The notes under the pieces are model-generated. The model was not told the origin of the DNA. It did not search any database and saw only the letters and a list, made by a program, of their open reading frames with translations. The translations under genes were made by a program, and so were the position numbers. From positions 68,919-132,918 of the forward strand of contig JAFWDK010000022.1 in the NCBI GenBank assembly GCA_017513085.1: 64,000 nucleotides of DNA. Reading direction: 5' to 3'. This DNA comes from Clostridiales bacterium. GTDB taxonomy: Bacteria > Bacillota > Clostridia > Saccharofermentanales > Saccharofermentanaceae. Below, one piece after another: positions 20,288-30,371 of this stretch. The stretch's first letter is position 1. Each line of letters begins with the position of its first letter.

Positions 20288-21985
20288 ATGGGTGTGAGTA
20301 CGCGTAAGTATTTTTTAATCTCATTATCGACGGTTTTTGTTTTGACACTTATATTATTGATCACTCGCGGGATAGTGTATGAAACGGTCGATGATTTTAA
20401 TGTCATGTACTCTATTGCCGGGTACAAATCAGGCGCGCCTTTTTGGCAGTTAACTTTCTATAACTGCATTTATGCAGGATTTATCAGCATTTTCTATCGT
20501 ATAACGGGATATATCCAGTGGTATACCGTATTCCAGATCATATGTATTTTTTCCAGTCTGGTCGTGATCATGTTCGCCTATCTGCGCATTGCCAAATGCA
20601 CAAAGAAGAACATTTGGATCGCAATCGCTATTTTCTCAGGCCTTTATATTTCAGCATATATGTATATCCTGCAACGTATGCAGTTTACGACCACTGCCGC
20701 CATTATGGGCGCAGCAGGCGTCAGCATGATGTATCTTTTCCTGGAGGAAGGGAAGAAGAGAGAGCTTTTGATCTCCTGCGCTTTTATTCTCGGTGCATAT
20801 CTCAACCGACGCTTGGCCGGTCTTTTCGTTATCGCTCTTTGGGGTGGACTTTTTGTTGTACATGAGATCATCGAGTGGAAGAAGAGAGACAAGAAAGAGC
20901 TTGTGAAGCGTTGCGCGATCCTTGCAGGCTGTATGCTGATCGTTCTGGGCATCCGTATTGCCGACCAGTATGTGAAGCGGACCAAGCTGAACAAGGACTA
21001 TATGGTCTACGATGAGTACCGTGGCAAATTCCAGGATTACCAGAAACCCAGCTATGTGGATAACCGCGAACTCTATAACAGTGTGGGCTGGGACGATAAG
21101 GTCTATTCTCTGGTCAATGCACTGATCTATATCGACCCTCGGATCAATGAGGAGAGCTTCCGGACACTTGTGGAATCGGATGCTTTCCAGTCGCATCTGC
21201 CGTTTAAGGATGCGGTCAAGATGTTTACCGAACTGTGTCAGACAGAACCTGCAGCGGAGATCAGCGTGATATTGCTGATCACATTTGCCGCTTTTGCAAT
21301 CATGTTTGCCCATATCACCAAGAATAAAAAGACGCTTTTGCTGGCGATCTATTCTGTCTGTGCCTGGCTGGCGTTTGTCGTATATCTGTCATATTCAGGA
21401 CGTCTGCCATTACGCGTCGGCCTTTTGGTCACACTTCCGCCGATGACCTTGCTTTTGATGATCGCTACTGCTGAAGTTATAAGACGTAACAAGAAGATCG
21501 ATCTTCTCCGTGTCTGTCTGCTTCCGCTTCTGATCGCACTGAGCTTCTCCTCGGTCAACAACATTTATGTCCGCCTGAGCAGTAAGGACTCCTATTCCCA
21601 GAAGATCATGTTCGACTTTGAAAACTACGCGCTCAGCCATCCGGATAAAGTCTTCCTTCACGACTACACGATCTGTAATGTATATAATGCTTATTCGGCG
21701 ACACATGTTTATGTCAAGAAAAAGCCTACAAATATTATCCTGTCCGGCGGAAGTTATACTTACAGCGCCTGTTACTATGCGCAGCTGGCCGCCAATCATC
21801 TCAGCAAGTTTGATGGTGAAACCTTGTTGCAGGATGGTGTGTTCTTCGTATGTGATAACAACCGGAGAGGCATGCCGACATTTATAACGCAGTATTTGCA
21901 GTCTCTTTACGGGAAAGGAGTTAAGTGTGATCTGGTGGAACTGATTTCAGATGGGGATGTGGCCATCTACAAGTTTCACACTTGA
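20288..21985 (+). CDS. Polytopic membrane protein, probable GT-C-fold glycosyltransferase
   Basis: Many TMs, acidic ETVDD motif right after TM1, large extracytoplasmic loop and tail; next to GT2 and flippase. Confidence 0.55.
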   Translation: MGVSTRKYFLISLSTVFVLTLILLITRGIVYETVDDFNVMYSIAGYKSGAPFWQLTFYNCIYAGFISIFYRITGYIQWYTVFQIICIFSSLVVIMFAYLRIAKCTKKNIWIAIAIFSGLYISAYMYILQRMQFTTTAAIMGAAGVSMMYLFLEEGKKRELLISCAFILGAYLNRRLAGLFVIALWGGLFVVHEIIEWKKRDKKELVKRCAILAGCMLIVLGIRIADQYVKRTKLNKDYMVYDEYRGKFQDYQKPSYVDNRELYNSVGWDDKVYSLVNALIYIDPRINEESFRTLVESDAFQSHLPFKDAVKMFTELCQTEPAAEISVILLITFAAFAIMFAHITKNKKTLLLAIYSVCAWLAFVVYLSYSGRLPLRVGLLVTLPPMTLLLMIATAEVIRRNKKIDLLRVCLLPLLIALSFSSVNNIYVRLSSKDSYSQKIMFDFENYALSHPDKVFLHDYTICNVYNAYSATHVYVKKKPTNIILSGGSYTYSACYYAQLAANHLSKFDGETLLQDGVFFVCDNNRRGMPTFITQYLQSLYGKGVKCDLVELISDGDVAIYKFHT

Positions 21986-22011
21986 AAATATAGAATAGAG
22001 GTTCGTTTATT

Positions 22012-22968
22012 ATGGAATTTGTAAAAGATCTTGTCAGCATAGTTATTCCTTGCTATGGAAGTGAGAAAACTCTCAAGGGGGTTATTGATGAGCTTGTCTC
22101 ACTTTTTGCGCAGCAAAGCCGTTTCGATTATGAAATCATTGCCGTAAACGATGCGTCTCCGGACAAAGTGTATGACGTCATTCAGGAATGCGCGAAGCAG
22201 AATCCGAAAGTTAAGGGTATCGATCTGGCGATCAACCGTGGCAAGCACTGTGCGATCCTGGTCGGATATGCGCATGTTTCCGGTGAGTTTGTCGTGAACC
22301 TGGATGATGACGGACAGTGCCCGGCAGACCGTATCTGGGATCTTCTTAAACCTTTGGATGAGGGCTATGATATGGCCATGGCAAAATATGCGCAGAAGAA
22401 AGAAAGCTTCATGAAGAAATTCGGAAGCTCTGTAAATGACCGCATTTCCCGTAGTCTTCTGAATAAGCCGAAGGGAATGCGTTTTACGAATTTCATTGCC
22501 AGGAAGCGCTTCGTGACAGATGCGATGAAGAACTATAAGATGCCTTATGCCTATCTGGAAGGCCTGTCCCTTTGCACGACCAGAAACGTGAAGATGGTGG
22601 ACATGGAAGAAAGATCCCGTGCTGCAGGCCGTTCCGGCTATACTTTTGCCAAATCCTTCAAGCTCTGGATGAACGGATACACGTCTTTTTCTGCCAAACC
22701 GCTCCGTGTATCCACATTTGCAGGTCTTTTCCTGGTTCTGGCGGGAGTCGGCATCATGATCCTTGATCTGATCTTCTGCCTCGCCAAGTACTCGACTGAC
22801 CTTCAGTTCCTCCTTCTTTTGGGAGTGATCTTCTTCCTGTTCGGCATCGTGCTTCTGGCGCTGGGTATGCTGGGCGAATATGTCGGAAGAATATTTGTTG
22901 CGCAGAATACAGCGAATCAGTATATAATAAGAGATAAGTGCAATCTTGAAGATGATTCGCACTGTTAA
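22012..22968 (+). CDS. GT2 polyprenol-phosphate glycosyltransferase (GtrB/ArnC-like)
   Basis: SIVIPCY, VNDASPD, NRGKHCAILVG, LDDDGQ, R.AG.SGY, two C-terminal TMs with GEYVGRI. Confidence 0.9.
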   Translation: MEFVKDLVSIVIPCYGSEKTLKGVIDELVSLFAQQSRFDYEIIAVNDASPDKVYDVIQECAKQNPKVKGIDLAINRGKHCAILVGYAHVSGEFVVNLDDDGQCPADRIWDLLKPLDEGYDMAMAKYAQKKESFMKKFGSSVNDRISRSLLNKPKGMRFTNFIARKRFVTDAMKNYKMPYAYLEGLSLCTTRNVKMVDMEERSRAAGRSGYTFAKSFKLWMNGYTSFSAKPLRVSTFAGLFLVLAGVGIMILDLIFCLAKYSTDLQFLLLLGVIFFLFGIVLLALGMLGEYVGRIFVAQNTANQYIIRDKCNLEDDSHC

Positions 22969-22987
22969 GATTTAACGGAGGTCTGAT

Positions 22988-24184
22988 ATGAGTAAGGTAT
23001 TGATGGTGCTTGGCGCCAGCTTTCCTCAAGCAAAACTGATTGAGGCAGCAAAACGATTGGGGTATAAAACGATTGTTGCAAGTATTCCGGGTGAATATCC
23101 GGGTCTTCAGGTAGCGGATCAGGTGGAATATGTGGACATTAGTGATCCGGAGGCGGTATTGGAAGCCGCGAAAAAGAATAATGTGGATGGCGTGGCGACA
23201 TGCTGTCTGGATACAGGCATCCGTGCTTTGGGCTATGTATGTGAGAAGATGGGCCTCCCGGGTCTTTCTGCCGTTTCCGCGCAAAGATGCAATGACAAGC
23301 TGATGATGAAGAAGGCTTTTAAAGAATATGGCGTTACATCTGCCCGTTACGAAGAAGTCACGAATCTGGAGGAACTGCTTTCCGCAGCCGGCGATCTTGG
23401 TTATCCGATCGTGTTGAAGGCACTGAACCAGCAGGGCAGTAAGGGTGTTTACATTTGTCATGATGAAGCAGAACTCCGTGACAGTTATGCGAATCTTCAG
23501 AGCATCGTTGAGGCACCGCTATGTATCGTTGAAGAATATATTTCCGGTTATGAGCTGGGTGCTCAGGCATTCGTATATCAGGGGGAGATCCTCTATATCC
23601 TGCCGCACGGAGACAATACGTACATGAGCCGTACAGCAGTTCCGATCGGACACTATGTGCCGCTTGGAATTTCCCAGGAGCTTTACGATACAGCGGTCGT
23701 TGAGTGCGAAAAGGCGATCCGTTCCATGGGTCTGGATAACTGTGCAGTCAACATCGACCTGATTGCCAAGGATGGCAAGATCTACCTGATCGAGCTGACC
23801 GGTAGAGCCGGCGCGACATGCCTGCCGGAGATCATGAGTCTGTACTTTGATTTCGACTACTACGAGATGATCGCGTATACGGCAGTTGGCGGAAATGCCA
23901 AGGAGTTCTTCGCTAAGAAGAGCGATAAGAAGCCGGGTGTGGCTGCCCGTATGATGCTTTCCGAGGTTTCCGGTGTAGTCAAGAGCGTCTCCTATGATGA
24001 GGACCTGGTCAAAGATCCACGTGTCAAAGACTTCTCCCTTATCATTCATAAGGGAAGTCAGGTCAATGCTTTTACCAATGCGAAAGACAGGATCGGTCAG
24101 ATCGTAACGGTAGGCGATACCTACGAGGAGTGCGATAAGCTGATCAACGATATCGAGAAGAGTCTGGTCATTGAGTTTGAGTGA
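22988..24184 (+). CDS. ATP-grasp domain ligase
   Basis: DKLMMK, GYPIVLKA..QQGSKGV, IVEEYISG, IELTGRAG. Confidence 0.88.
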   Translation: MSKVLMVLGASFPQAKLIEAAKRLGYKTIVASIPGEYPGLQVADQVEYVDISDPEAVLEAAKKNNVDGVATCCLDTGIRALGYVCEKMGLPGLSAVSAQRCNDKLMMKKAFKEYGVTSARYEEVTNLEELLSAAGDLGYPIVLKALNQQGSKGVYICHDEAELRDSYANLQSIVEAPLCIVEEYISGYELGAQAFVYQGEILYILPHGDNTYMSRTAVPIGHYVPLGISQELYDTAVVECEKAIRSMGLDNCAVNIDLIAKDGKIYLIELTGRAGATCLPEIMSLYFDFDYYEMIAYTAVGGNAKEFFAKKSDKKPGVAARMMLSEVSGVVKSVSYDEDLVKDPRVKDFSLIIHKGSQVNAFTNAKDRIGQIVTVGDTYEECDKLINDIEKSLVIEFE

Positions 24185-24228
24185 TATCGGAAGATATGCT
24201 TCTTGCTGATTATTGCGATTTACATAAT

Positions 24229-24265
24229 GAGGTGTCTCAAAAAAATTGAGGCACCTCTTTATTTT
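24229..24265 (+). terminator. Rho-independent terminator
   Basis: gaggtgtctcaa/ttgaggcacctc stem followed by tttatttt. Confidence 0.8.
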
Positions 24266-24393
24266 GCAACTGCCTTGCTTAAAATTTTCAAGGTAAATTT
24301 ACAATATTGTCATTAAAGATGGTGGCGGCGAAAACGATCGCAAAGTAAAATATGATTGGGTAGTGATATACAAAAAGAATGGAGGAGCGGAAT

Positions 24394-27300
24394 ATGAAAA
24401 GAAAATTCATACTATCGCTAAGTGCGGCAATGGTCGCTTGTATATGTTTTGCAGGGGCCCCTGCTGTTTTGGCGGAAAACAATGCAGCGGTGATCAGATA
24501 CGATTATGAAGAACAGGATGCGGCAGTATTTTCGGATGAAGATAGTGCAGCAGCATATCTTCGGGATCAGATGGTTCAAAGATACACGACCATCACAGTT
24601 CGTTATCACGTAGATAATGGTGTTTTGCCGAAAGGTACTGCTGAGAGTATCTACAGGAAAGTCTTTGACAGAGATGCGACGAGTGTGGCGGCAAATGCGA
24701 AGATCTCTGACTATCTGCGCTTTAGTGTCAGATCCCAGGCAAAGACGACGAATATCGTTGGAAACGGGGACTACGATCTGGTATATACGATCGAATATAT
24801 TCCCGGCTCTTCCAATGCGACCGAGTCATCAGTAGATGCATTTGTTGATAACTTCATTAGTACGAACGTGACCGGCAAAAATCTCTCGGAATATGACAAG
24901 GTAAAGTTGGTCTACGATTACATAGCCAAGAATGTCTATTACGATCATGACTCGTATGACAACGAAACAGCAAACAACACCTGGACAGAAGCACATACTG
25001 CGTATTCGGCTCTGAAAAAAAACAAATCTGTCTGCCAGGGCTATGCTATGGCGACGTATCGTCTCCTGACACAGATGGGGATCGAGACCCGTTTCCTTCG
25101 TGGAGAAGGCTGGAAAAACAACGATCCGACAAAGCGGGACGTGCATGACTTTAATATGGTCAAGGTAAACGGCAAGTGGTACTACCTGGATTCGAACTGG
25201 GGTGCCATGTTCAAAGAACAAGTCGGCGGAAAAGTCGGTGACGTCGATTACACATGGTTCCTGAAGAGTAAACAGGATTTTGTGTATCATGCTGTAGATG
25301 AAGCCAATATCCAGCCGGATCTGGATACCAGTGTAGTGCAGCAGAACAATTCCTTTGCCGATTCTGATGCTATCAAGATCTCAGGCTATGCTCCGTCTTA
25401 TACCTTATACAATATGGATGGACAGTATCAGAATGTCGACGGTAAGGTCGTTGTCCTGACATTTATCCGTACTTCTCAACAGACAGGGTTGTATGCCAAT
25501 ACGGATTATTGGACAACACAGCTTATGGATAGCAAAAACAGCATCAATTACAGTGATGTGGTGTATTACATTGTGGATGTCAGCAAATCTCCGAATCGCA
25601 ATGCTCTAGCGCAACTGGTAAATTTGGGAGCTAATCGTTCCCAAATTATCTGCATCAGCGATGCTTATAATACCCAGGCATACTTGGAGAATGTCGTTTC
25701 GGAATTTGCCGCAAATGCCGGTTATACATCCTTCGATGAGAACTTCAGCTTTTCTTTCCCGTTCACTTGTGTAGTAGACCGTTCCGGAAGGATCGCCTAT
25801 ACATTCAACCCGGGAAGAAAAACAAATGGTTCATCTCTCCCTGTCTACCTTACTTCCGGTAATCTCAACAGAAAACTGGACTATCTGCACCAGAATCCGA
25901 CTTCCGATACCCGTGCAAACCGTGGACTTCCGGGCAAAGCCGCGACGATCGGCATGCAGAGACCGGATGGTACCGGAAGCTATGCAGGTACCCTCACCGG
26001 AGTTTATGAGAATATGGAGTATAGAAAGCAGGGCACGTCCGTATACTACCCGGGCAATAGCACCGGAAACGTGACCGGACTTACGGCGGGTACTTACTAT
26101 GTCCGTTACAAGGGCACCAATACGTATAAGCCATCTCCTGATAAAGAACTGCTCGTTGCTGCGGCGGCTCCGAGATCCGGCATTACGTCAGAAAGCCGCA
26201 AGGATGGTTCTATCTATGTGTCCTGGCCGGCAGTTCCTTATGCTATCGGCTATCAGGTCTATCGAAGCACGAAATCCGATGACTTAAACAGCTATGCGCT
26301 GGTTGGCACAGTCCAGGCATCTGCGGCAGCCGGTCCGTCATTTACGGATACCAGTGCTTTGCAAGAAGGAACGACTTATTACTATCGTATCAAATCGTTT
26401 ATCAAGTCAAAATCCGGAAAGATCGTGCAGTACTCGGATCTGGCACTGTCAGGTTATACCGGTAGAACTTCCCGCAAGGCGGTCAAGATCATGAGCGCCG
26501 GTACGGCGATCACGAAGAAGCAGGGCCAGGTAGGACTGAACTATACCTTGAAATACGTGATCTCCAGTGCTTTTGCCAATGAGTCATTGAAGAGCGTCAC
26601 GATCGAAGATCCGACGATCGCTACCATTACATCTTTGGGCTCGGATGGATCGATCAAGATCACGAACAAGAAAGTTGGTACAACAAATCTGGTCGTTACA
26701 TTAAATAGCGGATTCCAGGCAAAGTGCGTACTTGAAGTCATGAGTTCTGTATCGCTGAAGGAAAAGACGATCGATCTAAGTCTCATCCGAAGCTCGGATA
26801 CGACGAAAGCCAACCAGTATAAGCTGGTTCCGACAGTATACCCGAGCACGGTGACGGTAACCTACCGTTCCGGTAACACGAGTGTCGCAACCGTCGATGC
26901 AAACGGCTTGATCACAGCAAAGGGCGTGGGCAATACGCGCGTATATGCCAAGAGTTCAAAGGGCGAAGAAGTGAGCGTGCTTGTCCGTGTTACCCAGAGA
27001 GTCTATGTTTCTTCTGTAAAGGCCGCGTACTCCGAGAAGACCATCTTTGCCGGAAATACGTTCTCTTTCTCGAATCTCACGATTCAGCCGTCAAATGCCC
27101 AGGTCCAGTCGATCACCTATTCGGTTGGTAATACCGGTATTGCTACGGTGGATAGTTCCGGTCTGGTTACCGGTGTGGCAAACGGCAATACGTATCTGAC
27201 CATCGTGGTCAAGGATGTCAGCGGTGCTTCCGTTTCGACAAAAGTATTGCTCCATATCCGTGAGATCGCGCTGACAAAGATCAACCTGAGATATGCGGAA

Positions 27301-27768
27301 AAGACGATCGTGCAAGGAAGAGAATTCCAGTTCATGGCGAAACTTGAACCTGTTAACACGACTATGAAAGACATCAGATTCCGTACCGGAAATACTTCGA
27401 TCGCGACCGTGGATGCAACAGGTAAGGTGAAAGCGATCGGCGTGGGCAGCACCTGGCTTTATGCCGAGGCGAAGAACGGAATGAGCGCGAAAGTCCTGAT
27501 CAAGGTCGTGCCGTATGTTCCGATCCAGTCCTTCTCGATCCGTTACGTAGAAAAGTCGCTCAAAGTAGGTTCTCAGTTCCAGTTTACAGCTGTGATCACA
27601 CCAACCAATGCGACGGATAAGACCGTGACATTCCGTACCGGAAATACTTCGATCGCGACTGTAGATGCAACCGGAAAGGTTACGGCAGTCTCTTCGGGCA
27701 ACACCTACCTGTATGCAACCAATGCAGATGGTGTAACAGTAAAATGCCTCTTAAAGATCACAAGATAA
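24394..27768 (+). CDS. Secreted transglutaminase-like protein with FN3 and Ig-like (Big_2) repeats
   Basis: Signal peptide; VCQGYA..HDFNMVKVNGKWYYLD (Cys-His-Asp); VSWPAV..GYQVYRS..YYYRIK FN3; repeated (S/T)GNTS(I/V)ATVDATG.V.A units; RBS ggagg before ATG 24394. Confidence 0.85.
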   Translation: MKRKFILSLSAAMVACICFAGAPAVLAENNAAVIRYDYEEQDAAVFSDEDSAAAYLRDQMVQRYTTITVRYHVDNGVLPKGTAESIYRKVFDRDATSVAANAKISDYLRFSVRSQAKTTNIVGNGDYDLVYTIEYIPGSSNATESSVDAFVDNFISTNVTGKNLSEYDKVKLVYDYIAKNVYYDHDSYDNETANNTWTEAHTAYSALKKNKSVCQGYAMATYRLLTQMGIETRFLRGEGWKNNDPTKRDVHDFNMVKVNGKWYYLDSNWGAMFKEQVGGKVGDVDYTWFLKSKQDFVYHAVDEANIQPDLDTSVVQQNNSFADSDAIKISGYAPSYTLYNMDGQYQNVDGKVVVLTFIRTSQQTGLYANTDYWTTQLMDSKNSINYSDVVYYIVDVSKSPNRNALAQLVNLGANRSQIICISDAYNTQAYLENVVSEFAANAGYTSFDENFSFSFPFTCVVDRSGRIAYTFNPGRKTNGSSLPVYLTSGNLNRKLDYLHQNPTSDTRANRGLPGKAATIGMQRPDGTGSYAGTLTGVYENMEYRKQGTSVYYPGNSTGNVTGLTAGTYYVRYKGTNTYKPSPDKELLVAAAAPRSGITSESRKDGSIYVSWPAVPYAIGYQVYRSTKSDDLNSYALVGTVQASAAAGPSFTDTSALQEGTTYYYRIKSFIKSKSGKIVQYSDLALSGYTGRTSRKAVKIMSAGTAITKKQGQVGLNYTLKYVISSAFANESLKSVTIEDPTIATITSLGSDGSIKITNKKVGTTNLVVTLNSGFQAKCVLEVMSSVSLKEKTIDLSLIRSSDTTKANQYKLVPTVYPSTVTVTYRSGNTSVATVDANGLITAKGVGNTRVYAKSSKGEEVSVLVRVTQRVYVSSVKAAYSEKTIFAGNTFSFSNLTIQPSNAQVQSITYSVGNTGIATVDSSGLVTGVANGNTYLTIVVKDVSGASVSTKVLLHIREIALTKINLRYAEKTIVQGREFQFMAKLEPVNTTMKDIRFRTGNTSIATVDATGKVKAIGVGSTWLYAEAKNGMSAKVLIKVVPYVPIQSFSIRYVEKSLKVGSQFQFTAVITPTNATDKTVTFRTGNTSIATVDATGKVTAVSSGNTYLYATNADGVTVKCLLKITR

Positions 27769-27812
27769 CCGGGCAGCCTGGAAGGGCTTAACGAAAGATC
27801 TGAATTATCGGG

Positions 27813-27845
27813 AGAACTGCTCCACTGGGGCAGTTCTTCTTATTT
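27813..27845 (+). terminator. Rho-independent terminator
   Basis: agaactgctcc/ggggcagttct stem followed by a T-rich tail. Confidence 0.7.
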
Positions 27846-27864
27846 CTCGGCATTTTGCTCATAT

Positions 27865-27893
27865 TTGACTTTGGTAGGGTGATTCACTATAAT
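27865..27893 (+). promoter_or_regulatory. SigA promoter
   Basis: TTGACT-N17-TATAAT. Confidence 0.8.
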
Positions 27894-27922
27894 GACATCG
27901 CTTATATCATATATTATGGGAG

Positions 27923-29071
27923 TTGATTGTTGTGCACGAAAAGAAACTAGCGATTATTGGGGCTTCTTTGTTTCAGGTACCACTTATCCTGCAGGCAAAG
28001 AAAATGGGGTTAGAGACGCATGTTTTTGCTTGGGCAGCAAATGATGTAGGTGAGCCGATTGCCGATCATTTCTATCCGATCAGCATTACGGAAACTGATG
28101 AGATCCTGAAAAAATGTCAGGAGATCGGCATTGACGCCATCTGTACCATTGGTTCAGACCTGGCTACGATCACTGTTAATAAGGTGGCGAAGGATCTGGG
28201 TGTGAACTGCAATTCTGTTGAGTGTTCCCATATTGCCACAAATAAGCACCAGATGAGACTTGCTTTCGAAGCGCACAATGTGCCTTCTCCGAAGAGTATC
28301 CTGGTGGAGAGCATCGACGATCTCAAGGGCATCAAGCTTGAATACCCGCTGATCGTTAAGCCGACAGACCGTTCCGGCAGCCGTGGTATCAATAAGGTAA
28401 ATAATGAAGAAGAACTCATCAAGGGCATCGAGGATGCCAAGAACAATGCTTTTGAGAAGAAGGCACTGGTCGAGGAGTTCGCAACCGGTCAGGAATACAG
28501 CGTAGAGTGTGTTTCGTATCATGGCGAACACCACATGCTGACTATGACGAAGAAATATACGACAGGCGCACCGCACTTTGTTGAGACCGGACACCTGGAG
28601 CCGGCCCCGGAAGTGAACTTTACTTACGAAGGCATCCGGAAGATCGTGTACAATGCACTGGATTCCCTTCAGATCCGTGAAGGCGCTTCGCATACCGAGC
28701 TGAAGGTTGCGGAGGATGGTTCCGTGAAGATCATCGAGATCGGTGGCCGTATGGGTGGCGATTTCATCGGAAGCCATCTGGTCCAGCTTTCTACCGGTAT
28801 CAATTTCGTTAAGGATGTAATCGACGTAGCCTTCAACAAAGAGCCGGATTACACACCGTCTCTGCATTGTGGTTCTGCTGTTATCTTTATGGTGGACGAA
28901 AAAGAGATGTCCAGATATAAGAGAGTCAAGGCAGAGCATCCGGAGTACATCATCGAAGAGAAAGTAGATGATCTGGTGAAAGGCGAGCTGCATGACAGTT
29001 CCGAGAGAAAAGGATACTGCATCCTCCAGTCTGAAGACAAAGCATATCTGCAGGATCTCATGGAGAGCTGA
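27923..29071 (+). CDS. ATP-grasp domain ligase (second copy; true start may be GTG 27932)
   Basis: NKHQMR, YPLIVKPTDRSGSRGI, LVEEFATGQEYSVE, HTELK, IEIGGRMGG. Confidence 0.88.
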   Translation: MIVVHEKKLAIIGASLFQVPLILQAKKMGLETHVFAWAANDVGEPIADHFYPISITETDEILKKCQEIGIDAICTIGSDLATITVNKVAKDLGVNCNSVECSHIATNKHQMRLAFEAHNVPSPKSILVESIDDLKGIKLEYPLIVKPTDRSGSRGINKVNNEEELIKGIEDAKNNAFEKKALVEEFATGQEYSVECVSYHGEHHMLTMTKKYTTGAPHFVETGHLEPAPEVNFTYEGIRKIVYNALDSLQIREGASHTELKVAEDGSVKIIEIGGRMGGDFIGSHLVQLSTGINFVKDVIDVAFNKEPDYTPSLHCGSAVIFMVDEKEMSRYKRVKAEHPEYIIEEKVDDLVKGELHDSSERKGYCILQSEDKAYLQDLMES

Positions 29072-29123
29072 TAGCCGGTTCGTAGACACCTGAAGTCAGA
29101 AAAAGCGAAGTTTTCTAGCATCA

Positions 29124-29158
29124 ATTCCTCCTTTCTTTCTTATAAGAAGGGAGGAATC
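29124..29158. terminator. Hairpin after the ATP-grasp gene
   Basis: attcctcctttct/agaagggaggaat inverted repeat, T-rich sequence downstream. Confidence 0.55.
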
Positions 29159-29217
29159 GTTGTATTCTTTTTTTCAGGAGTATAGAATACTCTCGGAAGA
29201 AACAACGACAGGAGATT

Positions 29218-30348
29218 TTGCGCATGGCAGCAGATGAAAAGAAGTATAAGTTATTGATCATCAACCCGGGTTCTACTTCCACAAAGGTGAGCCTTTTTGA
29301 GAATGAAACTTCGGTATTTGAAAAGAGTCTTTTTCACGATGCGGACGTATTGCTTTCGTTTCCGCACGTAAATGACCAGATGCCTTTCCGTTATGAAGTC
29401 ATCTTGAATATGCTGAAAGAAGAGGGATATGAAGCTTCGGAGATCGACGTTTTTGTCGGCCGTGGCGGTTCGGCCTGCACGCAGCCGGGCGGTATCACGA
29501 AGATCGACCAGAAGCTCTACGACGATACAGTTGCTGCCGTCGGCGGAAGTGAGCATCCGGCGAAACTGGGTGTTATGCTGGCATGGAAATTTGCGCAGGA
29601 ATTTAACAAACCTGCTTTTACCTTGAATCCTACCAATGTGGATGAATACGGCGACTACGCAAGATTGACCGGTATTAAAGGGATCTACCGTGTATCCCAC
29701 TCTCATGTTCTGAACCAGAAAGCCGTAGCGGAATATCACGCAGAACACGTTCTGAACAAGCGTTACGAAGACTGTAATTTCGTAGTTGCTCATATCGATG
29801 GCGGTATCACAGTCAGCGCGCACGACCACGGCAAAATGGTGGACGGCAACATGGGCGCAGACGGTGAAGGTGCTTTTACACCGACAAGGATCGGCAGCGT
29901 GCCGGTATTGTCTCTTCTGGATTACATCGAAGCACATTCCATAGATGATGTCCGTCTCCGCTGCTCCCGTGCAGGCGGCTTTGTCGATCTGTTTGGTACG
30001 GCGAATGCAGATACAATCCATGAACTCCTGGAAAAGGGTGACAGAAAAGCAGACCTCGTCTGGAACACGATGCTGTATCAGATCTGCAAGATGATCGGTG
30101 AGATGAGCTGCGTATTGTGCGGTAAGGTCGATGGCATCCTTCTGACCGGCGGACTTCTCCGTTTTGCTGATGTCAAAGCAACGATCGAGAAGCGTTGCGG
30201 TTGGATCGCTCCGATCACGGATTATCCGGGTGAGATGGAGCAGGAAGCACTGGCTCTTCCGGCACTGAAGGTCATGCAGGGTAAGATCACTCCTCTGACC
30301 TATACGGGAAAGCCGGTATGGGATGGTTTTGAAGGACTGGATCTGTGA
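29218..30348 (+). CDS. buk: Butyrate kinase family (ASKHA) carboxylate kinase
   Basis: LIINPGSTSTK, VGRGG, H.LNQKAVA, VAH..GGITVSAH..GK.VD, ILLTGG, YPGE.E.EALA. Confidence 0.88.
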   Translation: MRMAADEKKYKLLIINPGSTSTKVSLFENETSVFEKSLFHDADVLLSFPHVNDQMPFRYEVILNMLKEEGYEASEIDVFVGRGGSACTQPGGITKIDQKLYDDTVAAVGGSEHPAKLGVMLAWKFAQEFNKPAFTLNPTNVDEYGDYARLTGIKGIYRVSHSHVLNQKAVAEYHAEHVLNKRYEDCNFVVAHIDGGITVSAHDHGKMVDGNMGADGEGAFTPTRIGSVPVLSLLDYIEAHSIDDVRLRCSRAGGFVDLFGTANADTIHELLEKGDRKADLVWNTMLYQICKMIGEMSCVLCGKVDGILLTGGLLRFADVKATIEKRCGWIAPITDYPGEMEQEALALPALKVMQGKITPLTYTGKPVWDGFEGLDL

Positions 30349-30371
30349 GAAGTAACAAGGAGGAATCAACT

